The position numbers were made by a program, and so were the translations under genes. A stretch of DNA of 64,000 nucleotides from Balanoglossus misakiensis. Lineage: Eukaryota > Animalia > Hemichordata. The notes beneath the pieces are model-generated. The model saw only the letters and a list, made by a program, of their open reading frames with translations. It did no database searches and was not told where the DNA came from. Location of the stretch: assembly GCA_040954595.2 (NCBI GenBank), contig CM082580.2, positions 11,174,909 through 11,238,908 of the forward strand, in the 5' to 3' direction. Within the stretch, counting starts at the first letter, position 1, and each line of letters opens with the position of its first letter. Positions 14,701 through 28,061 of this stretch are shown here, piece by piece.

Positions 14701-15510
14701 ACAGAGCAGCAATGACCACGCCTATAAATAGCAACATACTTTGACCTAATTACCATATATTACACCACTTGGCTGCATGCACCTTGCTGACATATTCACT
14801 GTAAGGATTTGTGGCCACATTTCGACAAAACACGACTCCAAGCATATGGGTGCCACTGCATGTTCCTCGCCAAACTGGAATTGCTTATTTATCGATAATT
14901 GACGACTTCATTAAAGTTATCCAACGCCGCTCTGAACACACTGAGAGAGTAGACATTAGCATACGAGTTTCCTGAGTAGGTCTCCAGCCCGGATACCAGG
15001 CAACATTGAATAGTACCGGTCAACTTTGCGAATTCATAAAAGGTGTTGAAAGTTTACACCTGCGCTTTCACACCAGGGATATTTTTAAATGTCTGGTACA
15101 CAATCATTACGGTCTTGTACTATGTATTGAACAAATGGGCGTCTGTCCAGATTATATAAACAACGACAGCTTTTCGACTCTCTAAATTCAACTCGAACCT
15201 TGTCAAAATCATGTTTGTTTCGGAACCTTAATATTGAGATAAGCGAATTGTGTTGCAAATCATGGAAAATGTCATGTCTGGATACTTGTTTTGAACTGTC
15301 ATTGTTTCAGTATTTGCCTTTATTATCCCATTCTTTATCTGTTGGTTCAGCACAAGATTATTTTTAAACGAAGGTTATTATAAACTATGGGAATGAATAA
15401 ATGTGTAACTCGTGAAAGAAACATTACAATAAACAAATGGTTATGTGTATTTATCAGGTATCATGAAAAGTGTCAGATCAAGGGAAGTATTGTATGTATA
15501 TACCAGGATC

Positions 15511-15630
15511 GCCTGCCTGCCTGTCTGTCTGTATGTATGTAAATGTACGCACATGTATGTACATGGTACATGTACGTATATGCATGTCTGTACGTACGTA
15601 CGTACGTATGTATGTATGTATGTATACATG
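15511..15630. repeat. Compound microsatellite (GCCT/CTGT/ATGT/ACGT)
   Basis: visible tandem units; explains four spurious ORFs here. Confidence 0.8.
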
Positions 15631-18600
15631 CATGTTCTGTTCCATGACGTCGTCACTTACTGCCTGATCACGTGTGCCCAACATACTCCATTCTCTACCT
15701 GAGTGAGGTTTAAAGGAATGGAGACGAACAAATTTTGAAATTATGAATAAATGTAGAATGGAGACACAAACGATTCAAATCTGTGGTGGCATCTTGGCAG
15801 TAGATAAGAGGACGCGATATCCTTTTGATTTGTGTGTGGATTAAAATGGCTCTTCACATACTGGGCGCCATGGTATATCAAAAAAAATATTCTTATGTTA
15901 AAAATTGCGGCAACCATCTGCCTTTTCAAGGAGAAAGCACTTCGATTAATGTGCATATGAGTACAAAGTGGAAGCCACATCGAACGGTTTCTAAATTTAG
16001 ACAGTTGAATGTATTATATTGAAGAAGGGGAATATTTTAGAAGAAAAAAAATCAAAGCCGATCGAAAAGCATCAAGCTTTTCAATGAAATACTTCTGAAG
16101 AAGCGGAGCTATTTCTATACAACAAAAATCTGAATTATTGTGCCTTTTTCTTCGTTTAGTCACTTGGAAAAGTACAACTGTTTTTTGTTGGTAGGGGTTG
16201 ATGGTATTGCGTAGTGCAGAAAAATTGCAATTATAACTCCATTTGCCTCGTTTGTTATAGATTAGCACTGCGCCATATGTTTTCCGCTGCAAATAACTCG
16301 CAACAATATTGCGTTTAGGTATTCCAGAAGGGATCCTAATATCTGGTGATAAACAACGGAAGTGGCGTGTATGGTTCTATCCCGCCAACTGAATGGAATC
16401 GCCCACCGCGGTAAACAGCGGCTATTTTTGTTCCAGTGAATTAATGCAGTGTCAGATATTCTATGAAACGCGCGCTGCCGGTCTCAAATCTGCGTTCTCA
16501 CGGAAAAAAAGGAGAGTTTAATTCGGTGGCATTTGCTTCCCAAACACCGATGGGTTTGTCGAATGAGTTATTTTGCAGTCAAATTAGAGTGAGTATAACA
16601 TTTTGGTTTGTTTTCAGTATTTGCCAGGCGTACGCGTTTTATTTGTTGGTTGGCATAGTCTTTGTTTTGCGCGTTAATCAGTGTTTTGTCTTACGCGTGC
16701 TAACAATATGTTTAAAATATAAATATGCCAGGTATAGCTTTGTGAATCCAGGCGCTCACATATATGCCATCAGGATTAAGTCTTACTTAATCGAAAGTCA
16801 TTTAACTTGGAAACGTATGCATTTTTGTTTCTGTGGTCTATGTTGATGGAAGAGTAACTTTGACAGACAGACATAAAACCAAGACAAACATGATCAGGTT
16901 TTACTCGAGCAACTAGCGATTATCTACCTTATCTGTACTGAAGTTACACGGTTGCAAATTTCGTATTCAACGACAGAATATCACACTCTGCTTTCTACCA
17001 GTGCATTTGCGTAAGCCGAGTCGTTTTACACGGCAAAATGATAACGTGCGTCGACTCGATAGATTCGTGTGAAAATGAAACGACTGATCGTGTGTTAGTA
17101 ACTTGCTTCGCGCACATCACCGCGGTTGTCAACTTTCCACTTGTCATGTTTCGACAAGAAATTCGCCTCAATGGCTTCACGCAATGCCGAGAACAACAAA
17201 GCTTCGCTGTGTGTGTGATTAATACTGGATCTTCGTACTGAATCCCCCCCCCCCCCCCCCAGTCGCTGGGAACTTCAGTTCCAATCCACCCGCTTTCAGA
17301 AATGAACGCTTCAATTAAGTCTGAAAGAAGTGACTGTCGAAAATTTTCCAAAGAGATACTTGATTGAAATTCCAACCGCTGTCGTTCTCATTAAAAACAC
17401 TGCAATCTTCCAGGGAATAGCATTCAAGACTTCATTGACGTGCGTTCTTTACAGGACGGAGAGCGAATAAATCGTGGTTGGAATGCCTTATGCCTTAAAC
17501 TGCTGTGTCTATATACGATATTGACCAGGGATCCCGGCAAAGCCTCACATTTCCCCCCAGCATAATTTCGACCACGAGGCAAGCGTTACACTCGTTGATA
17601 ACACGTTGTTACACACGACGATTGCGGTTTACAAAATTCGATTAGAAAAAATGCAAGTACGAACTGTTTCTGTAATTTTTACAAACGCGAATGTGACCCA
17701 AATGCGTTATGTGTTGAGCACTTTTGGGCTGTGCGTGCGAAACGCTAATCTTCTTATATAGACACTGTCGTCAATTGCAAAGTAAACCATGTTTTTTGGA
17801 CTTTAAGGGTGTGTAATTGACTCGTGGGCACTGTTGAAAGAACTGGTAATTTATAAAAGTGCACAGTGTACTTTCATTAATAAATGGTGTTTTCTGATTT
17901 TCCTCCGTACATATTCTTCATTGACGAACTATAGTAATCTATCAAGGGATATATTACATAAACCCCCAGAGTCTGCTTCTGAATATTTTTTCTTTCATTT
18001 TATGTCAGCTAATTTTAATATTAATGCCTCTAAGCTATGTCCTTCTTAGTATGATAGAACATGTACCAGGGTCGGCACGTTTATCCACAACTGACCTACC
18101 AGTACACTAATAACCCTTCAGCGAATCCAAACTCCTACTGCTATTTTCAGACTACCTTGATCACTAAACTTTACTGCAGTGATTGTTGGAAAAATTCAGA
18201 AAGGTCATTTATCACATTGTCTTGAATGAGTTTCAATGAGCATGGAGACAGGATTTAGAAATGCAAACCAAATATATACAGTCTATATAATGTTACTGGT
18301 GTAAATTGATTTATGTTTTCTAACGTGTGCAGAGCCAAAAGAATGATATATTCAACCAATAGATACATACATTTGATCACTGATCTGCGTTGTTCATAAC
18401 AGAAGCATATAAAATCTACGACAAGACGTTTTCAGTGGACAAAGTCCAGAAGTGTTGGTTAACCTAGTTACATGCATACATCGTTCTCGCGCCATGATTG
18501 CCCGCCATTATATTACGACAATATTCATAAATAATTGACATCTTCAATACAACACTTGCTTTGGAATTGATTCATATAAAACATATCACGCCTGTACAAG

Positions 18601-21600
18601 AATTAACCCGACGCTGAAACACCTGTACCAGAAGACATGCCAGCATAAGAAATCTATTCAGCCGCAGTTTGGATTTATTGGAACCGACGCTTGGCGGCAA
18701 AAATAAGTAAAACATCCACGCAGTGTCTTAAATTGCCCATTTATGCCACTCTACTTTTTATGCATACACAATCAGAATATGTTGCATCGCTCTCCCGGAC
18801 ATGATATCAAGTACGAATTATGTAAAAAAAGGGTACTGGGAAAGGAAACCGTTTGAGTCGCGGGGGTTAATGCGAGTGGCTTAAAAGCAAAAGTACATCT
18901 ACACTGCATAATGACATTTAATGCTGTTAGAACTCGACACTCGGAGAAATTTGCGTCCTCACAATCATACCGCGCAAAATGTCAGCATGCGCTGCTGAAA
19001 TTGTCTTGTTTTGCTTTGTTGTGTTTTTTATACGTTTTTGCATGAAACTGAATTAAAATGCAATGTTTTTTAATGGCGCGTTTTAAAAAACAATTGACTT
19101 CAGATAGGATACATGAAAACTGTATTGATCACAGTTCGACTAATCGTCTTTAAAAAAAAAATAATTTGCATACTAAACAGGTTCGCACAATCACTAGATG
19201 AATAAGGTGGATTATGTAACGTTAGTTTGAAACTAAGGTTTACTCGATTCAGAAAATTAATTTTGAAAAATAGAAACGTCTTTCACTTTTGAAGTTGTGA
19301 GTAAAAAATACTGATGGCCTAAGAACTCGTAAACTGAAAGGCGTGATAAATAGATACTCAACGATACGGGAAACCAAAACTCCGATGGATTTGGAAGCTA
19401 AACAACACCGCGCAAGCGCAAACATCAGCCATGTGCTGCCGAATTATGCTGCAGTGGTCGTTATTATTCTTTAGTTTCCTTTGTTTTGATTTTAATAAAG
19501 ACAGCTTTTAACTTTAATATGACACAATCTGTTTCTAATCCATCCATATTTTATATTCTGGAATGTGTTTTTGTAATATTCATGTTGTTTGTACAGGCTT
19601 TGCGCGTCTGTGTATTCATACAAAATGGAATTATGTAACTGGAAACCGAACGTTTCCCGTGGATGTTCGCCTGTCGGATTATTTTATTCTGAGTCTTTAT
19701 TTAAATCAAGCTTCAAGCAAACCCATGGAATTATACAAGCAAAGGTAATTTACATGGTGGTGATGTAGTCAAATAGTATCATTTTTGTTCAGTGCGTACA
19801 TTAAGGGCAATCATAAACAGAGGGATAAGGTTTTCAACGTCACAAACCTCGCAGACAGAACGGACCCTTTGCAAGCCTTGCTTGAAGGACGAAAGATGAT
19901 TAAATCAACGGCATAAGCAAATATGATTTAAGATTCTACCACCGAACAAACAACCAACGCTACAAGTGGACAAACGAGAGCTCAGCTCATCAATGTAGAC
20001 TTTTAAAGTAAAGTGATGAGAGAACGCCTCCTTGGCGTGCCACACTTAAAATACAGAAAGCTGGGTATACTACAGATCCCATTTAGCGCACACTCGCCGA
20101 GATCAAAACATGAAATACGGCATCATTCTGGCACGGCTTATAAAACTGAATTTATAATACCCTCAGGAGATCAACTAAATATTGTGAGAACGTAATAGAG
20201 GAAACGTCCCTCGGCTCTCGAAAATGCGGAAATAAATTCATCATCGTGAGATATCAGTCAGTATCCACACAGACATGAGTGGAATGCACGCCAAGTTCGG
20301 GCATGATTGAAATCGTCACATTGTCCACGGTCACGTGACTCCCGCGCTGAATCCAATGCATTTCTGTGTCTCTATAATCCCCCTCTGACAAGAATGATGC
20401 TGCATTAGTCCCGTTTTTGCTGTACATTCAAACCCCAAGACGATTGGATGCAGTTGTTGCACGTATTGGGAACAAGTCCACAATGCATTGCTGCCGTAAT
20501 CACCGTTTTATTCAAGATGATCTGAAAGCCCTTGTCGCTCCAAACAAGCTTTCCGTCATCGACATATTTATTCCTAGAACGTCAATTTATTTGTGTCTCA
20601 TTCTGCATTGTGTGTTTGTATAATCAGATCATTGCGATCACGTGATCTGTTTCGCCGCTGCTACGAACCCGGTTCTTCTGCCTATAGATGCTCCAGCAAA
20701 TTGCGCTCGATACGTGCGTCCCTCACTAATTGTCTCACAAAACAGTGTGGTGGGTTTTTTTTGAAGTCTTGTTTTGGCTTCATTAGCCGAAGAAAGTAAC
20801 CACTCAGACAACCTCCATTACATTACATGTAAAATGCCATGCTAGCGGACAATAAGAACAAAGAAGATTCACTCAACATACAATATATAAACTTCAGGGG
20901 GAATTCAGGGATGTCTATTTACTCTGCAGTGAACGACAGATCCTCGAGTGGCTTTTGTTGCCCGGGAAACTGGCCTATTAGACATTCACCTGGTTCGGGC
21001 CAAATGAAATAATCTTGTGCAAAGATGATCCGGGAGGGGAAACAACTATCAGGGAACCTAGCTCGACAGTAACAATTCTTTTGACCTTTTAATAAGTTTT
21101 ATTAGACTATGCTCTTTCTTAACCTAAGAGGAATACATTGTCGTGAGAATTCTGCGAAGTAAAACATGTTAAGGTACTAAGAGATAGACCTATATCTACG
21201 AAAAGGGGAAATTCATTCGACTTTTTATTATTTCGGCTTGATTTAAAAGCAAAGCACATGTGATTCCGAAGTGCCTTTCGTCAAAGGCATGACAATTCAA
21301 TTCAAGGCAATTTCTCCCCAAATGATCCTGGCAAGTAGTCGATGAGGGATTTCGACACCTAGCCCGAGTTCAACAAACATTTCAGGCTTAAATGGCTTGT
21401 TGCGGTGGGTTTTTCAGTAGGTCCCACGAGCCGAGCTCACAATTTCCTTCGGGCCAACTCTAATTGCACTCTACGTGTTCCAAATCTCCAGTGGCGGCCT
21501 CAGTCGCTCTTCAACCGATCGTAACTGCCGGCTGTCAAGCGATACTGACTCGCCTCGATTCTTTCCAACTGTGACGCCGGCCGTAAACCAAATTTGGCGC

Positions 21601-24600
21601 GAGTCCCCGCCGTGATGTTGCCATAACGTGACATAACTGCTATAGAGTACCCCCGATAAGTCGCTTCCATCTCTGAATAGCGATCACGAAGCAACGGAGC
21701 AAATCCTAAGTTTATCCTTCGAGTTCGATAAAGAAAACAATGTCACGTTTTGCGACCGACCCCCTTTCTGAAAGATAACGCCACCTACGGCAGGCAGCAT
21801 TTGTTCACCAGTCAGTCGGATTCAATGCATTTTGTTCAAAGTCTCTCGTTTTTCGTTACTCTCCATGTCAATAGCACGTGTAAAATCCCTCTTTCGGGAA
21901 TGGCGGATCGGGCGGGTGTTTATAGATTTTAGTGCCGCACCCCCGGGGAGCAATATTTCTCTTTATCTCATTCGGAAATACATTTGTACGTCTTTTCGTT
22001 CCTTAAAATAGAACAAATTTAATTTCAATCGCTCTGCGTCCGGTTACTGCTGACATCGGCGAGTTTCTTCTTTCTCGGAGCGACGCCGGCATTGGCCAAA
22101 CAACCTAGTCTAGAATTGCTCGTTATATAGCGTGCGTCATCCGGTTGAAATCCCCGTTAAACAGTGAAAGCATTAGACGGAAAATAAGTCATCATGGACG
22201 CGGAACAGAAATCATGATTGCGATTTCTGTAGCAAATTATCGGCCGTCACAGTTACTATTCAGAGATGTGTCTCAGCGTGGATAAATCACCGCGGTCCGG
22301 AGCAATAATAATCAACGCATCAGGGCACGGTATGTTGATTGCATTCGATACACATTCCCCTAAATACCGGTCCAAAACACGTTTCCATCTTCGTGGTGAA
22401 ATCGGTCCACGTTTTAAGCTTTCAAAAAATTCATTTTTTTCTTAAACGTCCGTCCGATTGTCGCCCATTGCTCTATTGAAACGGCAAGTGAGAGTTGCGA
22501 GATATACGATATTTCTCGTTAAATTTATCAGGTGTTCTAAAACGCTTCAATGAATGCTAGGTATAATAGCGGGCTTGTTTGCCGCGCTGGCTCAGAACAG
22601 GAGTCGGCACGTGTCACCTTCTAACACGCCTTGCAACAGACATCAAAGATCATTCCTGAATTGGCCGAAGGAGACATTAATCAGCCAGTATTTTCAGCTC
22701 CACAATGCAACCGGATCGATAAAATGTTCATCTTATACCGGTTACAAACAATTATACTGGGTTCTCTTTCACTGAATCTAAGACGCGTCATATAACGCCC
22801 TGAGGGGGGGGGGGGTGGCTTTCATCTTTCATTCCTTTTTATCCTCTTCATGGATAAGATGAATTGGGAGAAATGTTTAATTTTTTTCAGGTCGATTTAT
22901 TTCTTTCTTAGCGTCGTTTTGCAATCTTCCTAAAGAAAGGCCCGTGGGCACAATGTACTTCAGTTTGGCATTTGAGTAATCTCGGATTTCAAGGACTAGA
23001 TTTTGCACGTACAATATTTCGCGGGTGACATTTCATTGAAAAGGTTTGATTGGGCTTAAGGTAGTTGTACACTAGCATATGAAATGGATAAACCATTTTT
23101 CGTTCGTCAGGAATACTGGGCCTGCTTTGTTTTATACGAGTTACGTCACTATTCGAATGGATCGAAGTAAATACTATACAAGTCATACAGCTAAAACATT
23201 AGTATTCATTCCACGTCGACTTGTCAACAAATGCCATAAATCAAAGAATCCAACGGTAATAGTTTTATCACTGACAGACATTTGACATCTACACATGCAC
23301 TGTAAATCCTGCACGTATTCCCTTTCTCGTGGTTCTCACGTAAGGCCAACAAATACCCGGGCCTTTTTTGCTCACAGAGAGCTCAGAAGTAAATTTGATG
23401 AGATGAAAAAATCTTTTTGTCCAATGTTGCGTCAATTATTTTCACTGTGGGGAATCGATGTCACCAAGATCGCCTTACGGAGAGAAAAAGGAATTCTCAA
23501 TTTGTGGCTAATGATGCATTACGATTCGGAACTTTCCTAGATGATGTTTTAACAAGTCCTTTTTAGAAAATCCCATCGGATCGTGAATTGGTACCAGTTG
23601 GCAGATTCCTGATATAGCAACAAATAGCAGTAAACGAAATCTGAAATTAATTTTATGAATTGCCGGATTTGAGACATATATAATTCAAGTCTCCGTTGAA
23701 GCGTGATTTTTTTATACTGAAAGCGCGTCTTACAAAGGAAGACGTTTATTTGAGTTTGCGTACAGAAAATAGAAATGCGTTATCCACTAAAGAAAATTAT
23801 CAAATTTTAAATCTTTTGAAGTAGACCGGAAAATAAATAAAATGAAAGTAAGAGCTATCCTAGGAGATGCATGCAGGTTCGCTGGTAACATTGATCGAAT
23901 ATATTTTTTTCAATCAAGTTCGTCTTGAGATTCCCCACTATCCGCTACTTGTGCATACATGCGCACGTATTTTCTTAAACGCATAAACGGACGCCACGGA
24001 TCTCATCACTTTCCCGTTGTCTCGTTACTGTCTGATATAAAACGCGACATTACGAGAGCGTCACGTTCGTGCGGGCAACCCCATAACACAGCATGCCTCG
24101 CGCATACTTTCAACTTTGCATACCGATTCCAGGTGCGCACGATTGTCACGATCTCGCAGATTTTTCCCCATCACGCCCTCTTTCGACGAGATAACGCTCG
24201 ACCGCTTTATTTTTTGTGAATAAACGAGATTACGTGTAAAGATAAACTACGGGAAACGGGATCGATATGGCGTGAACTGAGAACTGGCAACTGGTGGCGC
24301 TTGCCCGCAGACAGTGACGTCAACAGGTGGTTATTCCGGAAACTCGTAAGTTGTGCTCTGAAGTAGAAGAGGCTCAGTCGATTCGTCAGGTGGAAAACAA
24401 CAAGACAGTTTTTCCCGATAGCATTACGTGAGGAATCATGGTTACATGTATTTTCACTTTGGACTAAGTCGGTCAGAGTCGTCGAACATTTGAAAAATAA
24501 TTAAGACGCGGTCATTAAACTATTACTTCCGTGCCAGAGACTCTTTCCACACTTTTAAAGTAAACGAGATACAACTTGACTGTCTGCAGAATGAAGTGGT

Positions 24601-26971
24601 TTGAAGTCGTGACCTTGCATGGTGATTTTGGCGTTGTGTGTTTTTCTCAGTCGGACGTGCAAAATTACACAAATAACAAAAACCTATCGGGAACAACAGA
24701 GGCCTAGCTAGAGGATAAAGGACGGGCTTGCAATTGTCAGAGTGGCTAATCTTCTGAGTTCATAGAATGTCTTGCTGTGTTAGGTGTGTCCACATAAAAG
24801 ACAGATCAACATGACTGTTTTAGGGTATGTGATGTTCGTAATCACTGACGCTCCCTATCGACCAGTTAATGAGTCGGCGCGGGATTTCTGGCTACCTAAA
24901 AAGGTATACATGTACATTGTGATTTGTGTAAGACTCCACACACAGGGCCGACCTTGGCGGAACCAAAAGAGCAAAATACTTCACAAAACGCGAGAAATGG
25001 CAAGAACTGAAGCGAGTTCTTGCGACTACATCACAAATCAGGGTATACATGTTCGTACGTCTTACGGTCATTGCTGTCAGGTTATAGATTTCGTGATGAC
25101 ATCAACTCTTAGACTAATGACAATGCCTCGCGTATTAACAGCGTATGCTTTGATTTATCCATGGTCACTCCGTCTAAATCACTAAGTGGCCGTGATTTAG
25201 CTGACGTAATATCGAAATTAGCACGCAGTTTTTGAAACGCTATCAAGTGCTCAGATAACCTCACGTAATGGACATGCGAGATACCGAAAAGAATATCAAA
25301 TTTCGCCGTAATTGGGATATTGTGGCTAATTATATCCGTAGCTATGACCATACTCGGTTCTTTTTCTTGCTTCCTCAAATGAGCGGAAACGCCACTCGCA
25401 CACGTCACCGAGTCGTATCTGTTGGGGCGCTTCAATGCGTTTTGTTCGGCGACAGATCTAAGGTTCACCAAAATGAAGGGAAACTGAAAACCGTCGGGTT
25501 GGGGGAAAAACTGCCGTGTAAATGGATTCGTAGAAGTGGGGATTTGTCGTGAATAGATCCTGATAACTATCGGGAATGATCTTCGGTAACACTTCCTTCA
25601 AGTACCGCAGGCAAATGCATTTTTCATTTGGCCAAGTCACGAGTCTATTCTACGCTCTTCTTTACACTGCTTATAGATTAACACGAAGGATGCCAATAAA
25701 CCTCGACATAGTGTTCATTGCGACCGATCGCATCTTTCCTTTCATTTTTCCTTTTGTATCGCATATGACTTTATGCACATTCAGTTCGGTGATTGGCATT
25801 GGCTTTATTTTAATTGTAAGCGGGCCATCTATGGAGGTCTACCGGATTACGCTTCTGGTCAAAATGTTCAACATTCTTACACGTCTTTACTTTCTTCTTC
25901 TCCTCCCTTTCTTCATTTAATTTATTCATCATTAATCCAAGGTGCTTTATCGTGGAGCCTTCGACTTTAAAGACAATCCCATTCACGAGAGGCAAGGAGG
26001 TCTTCATTGCGATACGAACAAAACAACAATTAACGCAGACGAATATTCTGCGGAGTATTGTGCTTAGTCTCGTACTGTTGTATTATGCAAATTTAACAGT
26101 CATAAGATATTTTAATGTGAACAAACACGTGATAATCTTTTTGATTCTGCTTCCTTTGAAATGGTAGAGGATCTATTAGCAAAACAAAGACACTAGCACA
26201 ATTCTCACACTCGGTAATTTATCGGTAATTACCCGTTACATCGATCGCAAAAAATTCTTTGCTAGGCGGATTAATTAGCAGAGTGCAAAGGAGAAGGGTG
26301 GGTAATTTCTATTCTGTTCGGTCTACTGTCTAAGGTTTACTCTGCCAAAAATAACTTAAACAGCTTTCATCGATATCTCGCATCTAAAACGAAGTCTCGC
26401 GAGGGGCGCCCGCTGCCGACTTGAACTGCATTAACCTGTTGAGTCGGTCGAACGAAACGACACCCAGGCTTCGGGGAATAAGTATGAGTCAAATTATTAA
26501 TACTATAGTGGAGATGGCTCTTTTTGATGAGCGCACAGCAATGGTGTGATTACGATGGACCGGATCAATGCGCGATTCTGCGTCAGGTCTACATGCTGGG
26601 ACTGGTTCCTTGTGATTGAGGCTGGGTGTCACGGCTAGAATGAATGCGGTAGTTCTTCGTCGAGCCTTGTTACATATCGGTTGGATGATAGTTTGATAGA
26701 GCGATTTTTGCTTTGTGAGTAATGATTGTGATATTGTTTTGGGGGCGGAGATATTTTGTTGCGTGGCGCTTTTAATGGTAAGGGGTCCCTTTGCTCGACT
26801 GCAGCATTCAATTGGAAACCGTAAACACGGATTGAATTCGTGAACGTAACAATGGGGCGGTTCGATTGGCCGGCTAAAAATACTTTCAGGCGGAGTATGC
26901 GATCTGCGCTTGCTGTTTTCTAATATAACGCGAGTAATTTTTGTGTTTTTCTTTGTTTGTACTCTCTGTAG

Positions 26972-27995
26972 GACTTTGAAGTGACCACCGACGCACACAA
27001 CACCGGCCGTGAAACACGAGAGGCCTCGCTTCGATTCGCTCATGGCAACAAGGTTACCATATAGGTGGAATTTCTGAGTCGGCTTACGTATGGTGTGGGA
27101 GGTGCGAGGTGGTCGTGCCTGCGTCGTAAATTTTGTCTGGACTCTGGCTGCGCGTCAACAGTGGACTCGCCGCACAAGCCTCCGGTTCGATCACGTTACT
27201 ACAAGCGCATATTTTATGGTAAGGGCGGTTTTCGAATCTACCGTTCTCGGCACAGAGCAGTCTTGAACACAACCTGAAGTTACCGTCGTACACAAACTGT
27301 ATCCATAACTGTTTTGATGTGATGTGTGTACAGGAGCTCGAATAGATCGATACACAGACCCACGTCATTGAGGAGACAGAGGAAACAACAGTTGGTATCG
27401 TCGCGGTTTGTAAATATATGTACATAGATAGCTAAATCTATTTGGGAAAGCTATCGTGGAAGAAGGGTCGTGGACTTACGTGGGACTGGACTCAACAACG
27501 TGATACTGGCAACAACAGACTTTTGTTTCGAGAGAGAAAAAAACACCTCCGCGACATTAGATCACACGTTGCTCCAAAAGTAAAGCATTCGATTTGACTG
27601 ATCGCCTTTCATTTGGCTTCAAATCGATTTGTCTGACACACCCCGCTACCCATCGATCCGCGAGGACGGTACCTGGCTACCGGGAGACGAAAATCGTCGC
27701 CTCGGCACGCGTAACGCGGTTTGCCGCCTTTTGTAGAGGTCGGCCACTTGTTAAGCCTCATCACGCAAGATCTTTATTGCGGACAGAGACTCACTTAAGT
27801 GTTTCAGTTGAACATTCTCCCTGGCATGTCAGGATCACCGACGGAGAACTGAACACAGACCTTACACGGACCTTTCAGTGGGCTCGTATCAGGCACAGAA
27901 ATCTGCAGGATTTATTGCATAACATCGGCGGAAAATATCTCAGTAACTTCCTAAGTATTTTATCAGCTGTCACGTGACACCCCCAAGTCGACGCA
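26972..27995 (+). other. Candidate 5'UTR portion of the GPCR signal-peptide exon
   Basis: Long polypyrimidine tract and acceptor (ttgtgtttttctttgtttgtactctctgtag|G) at 26971; CpG-rich region; GC box and ATTGG just upstream at 26854-26869. Confidence 0.4.
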
Positions 27996-28061
27996 ATGCA
28001 CGGGAAAGGGAGCAAGCCGAAGTGTTTGCTTGGTATACTTCTGCTGCTGTTCACCGCAAAG
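27996..28061 (+). CDS. GPCR coding exon 1 (signal peptide [22 protein letters not shown])
   Basis: ATG in gcaATG context, basic then hydrophobic stretch, donor AAG|GTATGT in phase 0 matching the phase-0 acceptor at 43975 (continues ISMA-SQD, a plausible cleavage site). Confidence 0.75.

Noticed and set aside
15441-15702. Four overlapping ORFs
   Set aside because: Translation of a microsatellite
21293-21700. Possible SINE/LINE 3' end on the minus strand with a (TTGAA) tail
   Set aside because: Only ~2.5 tail units; no A/B boxes or reverse transcriptase motifs recognisable
26489-27043. 184 aa minus-strand ORF as a divergent gene
   Set aside because: No recognisable domain; lies in CpG-rich sequence where long chance ORFs are common
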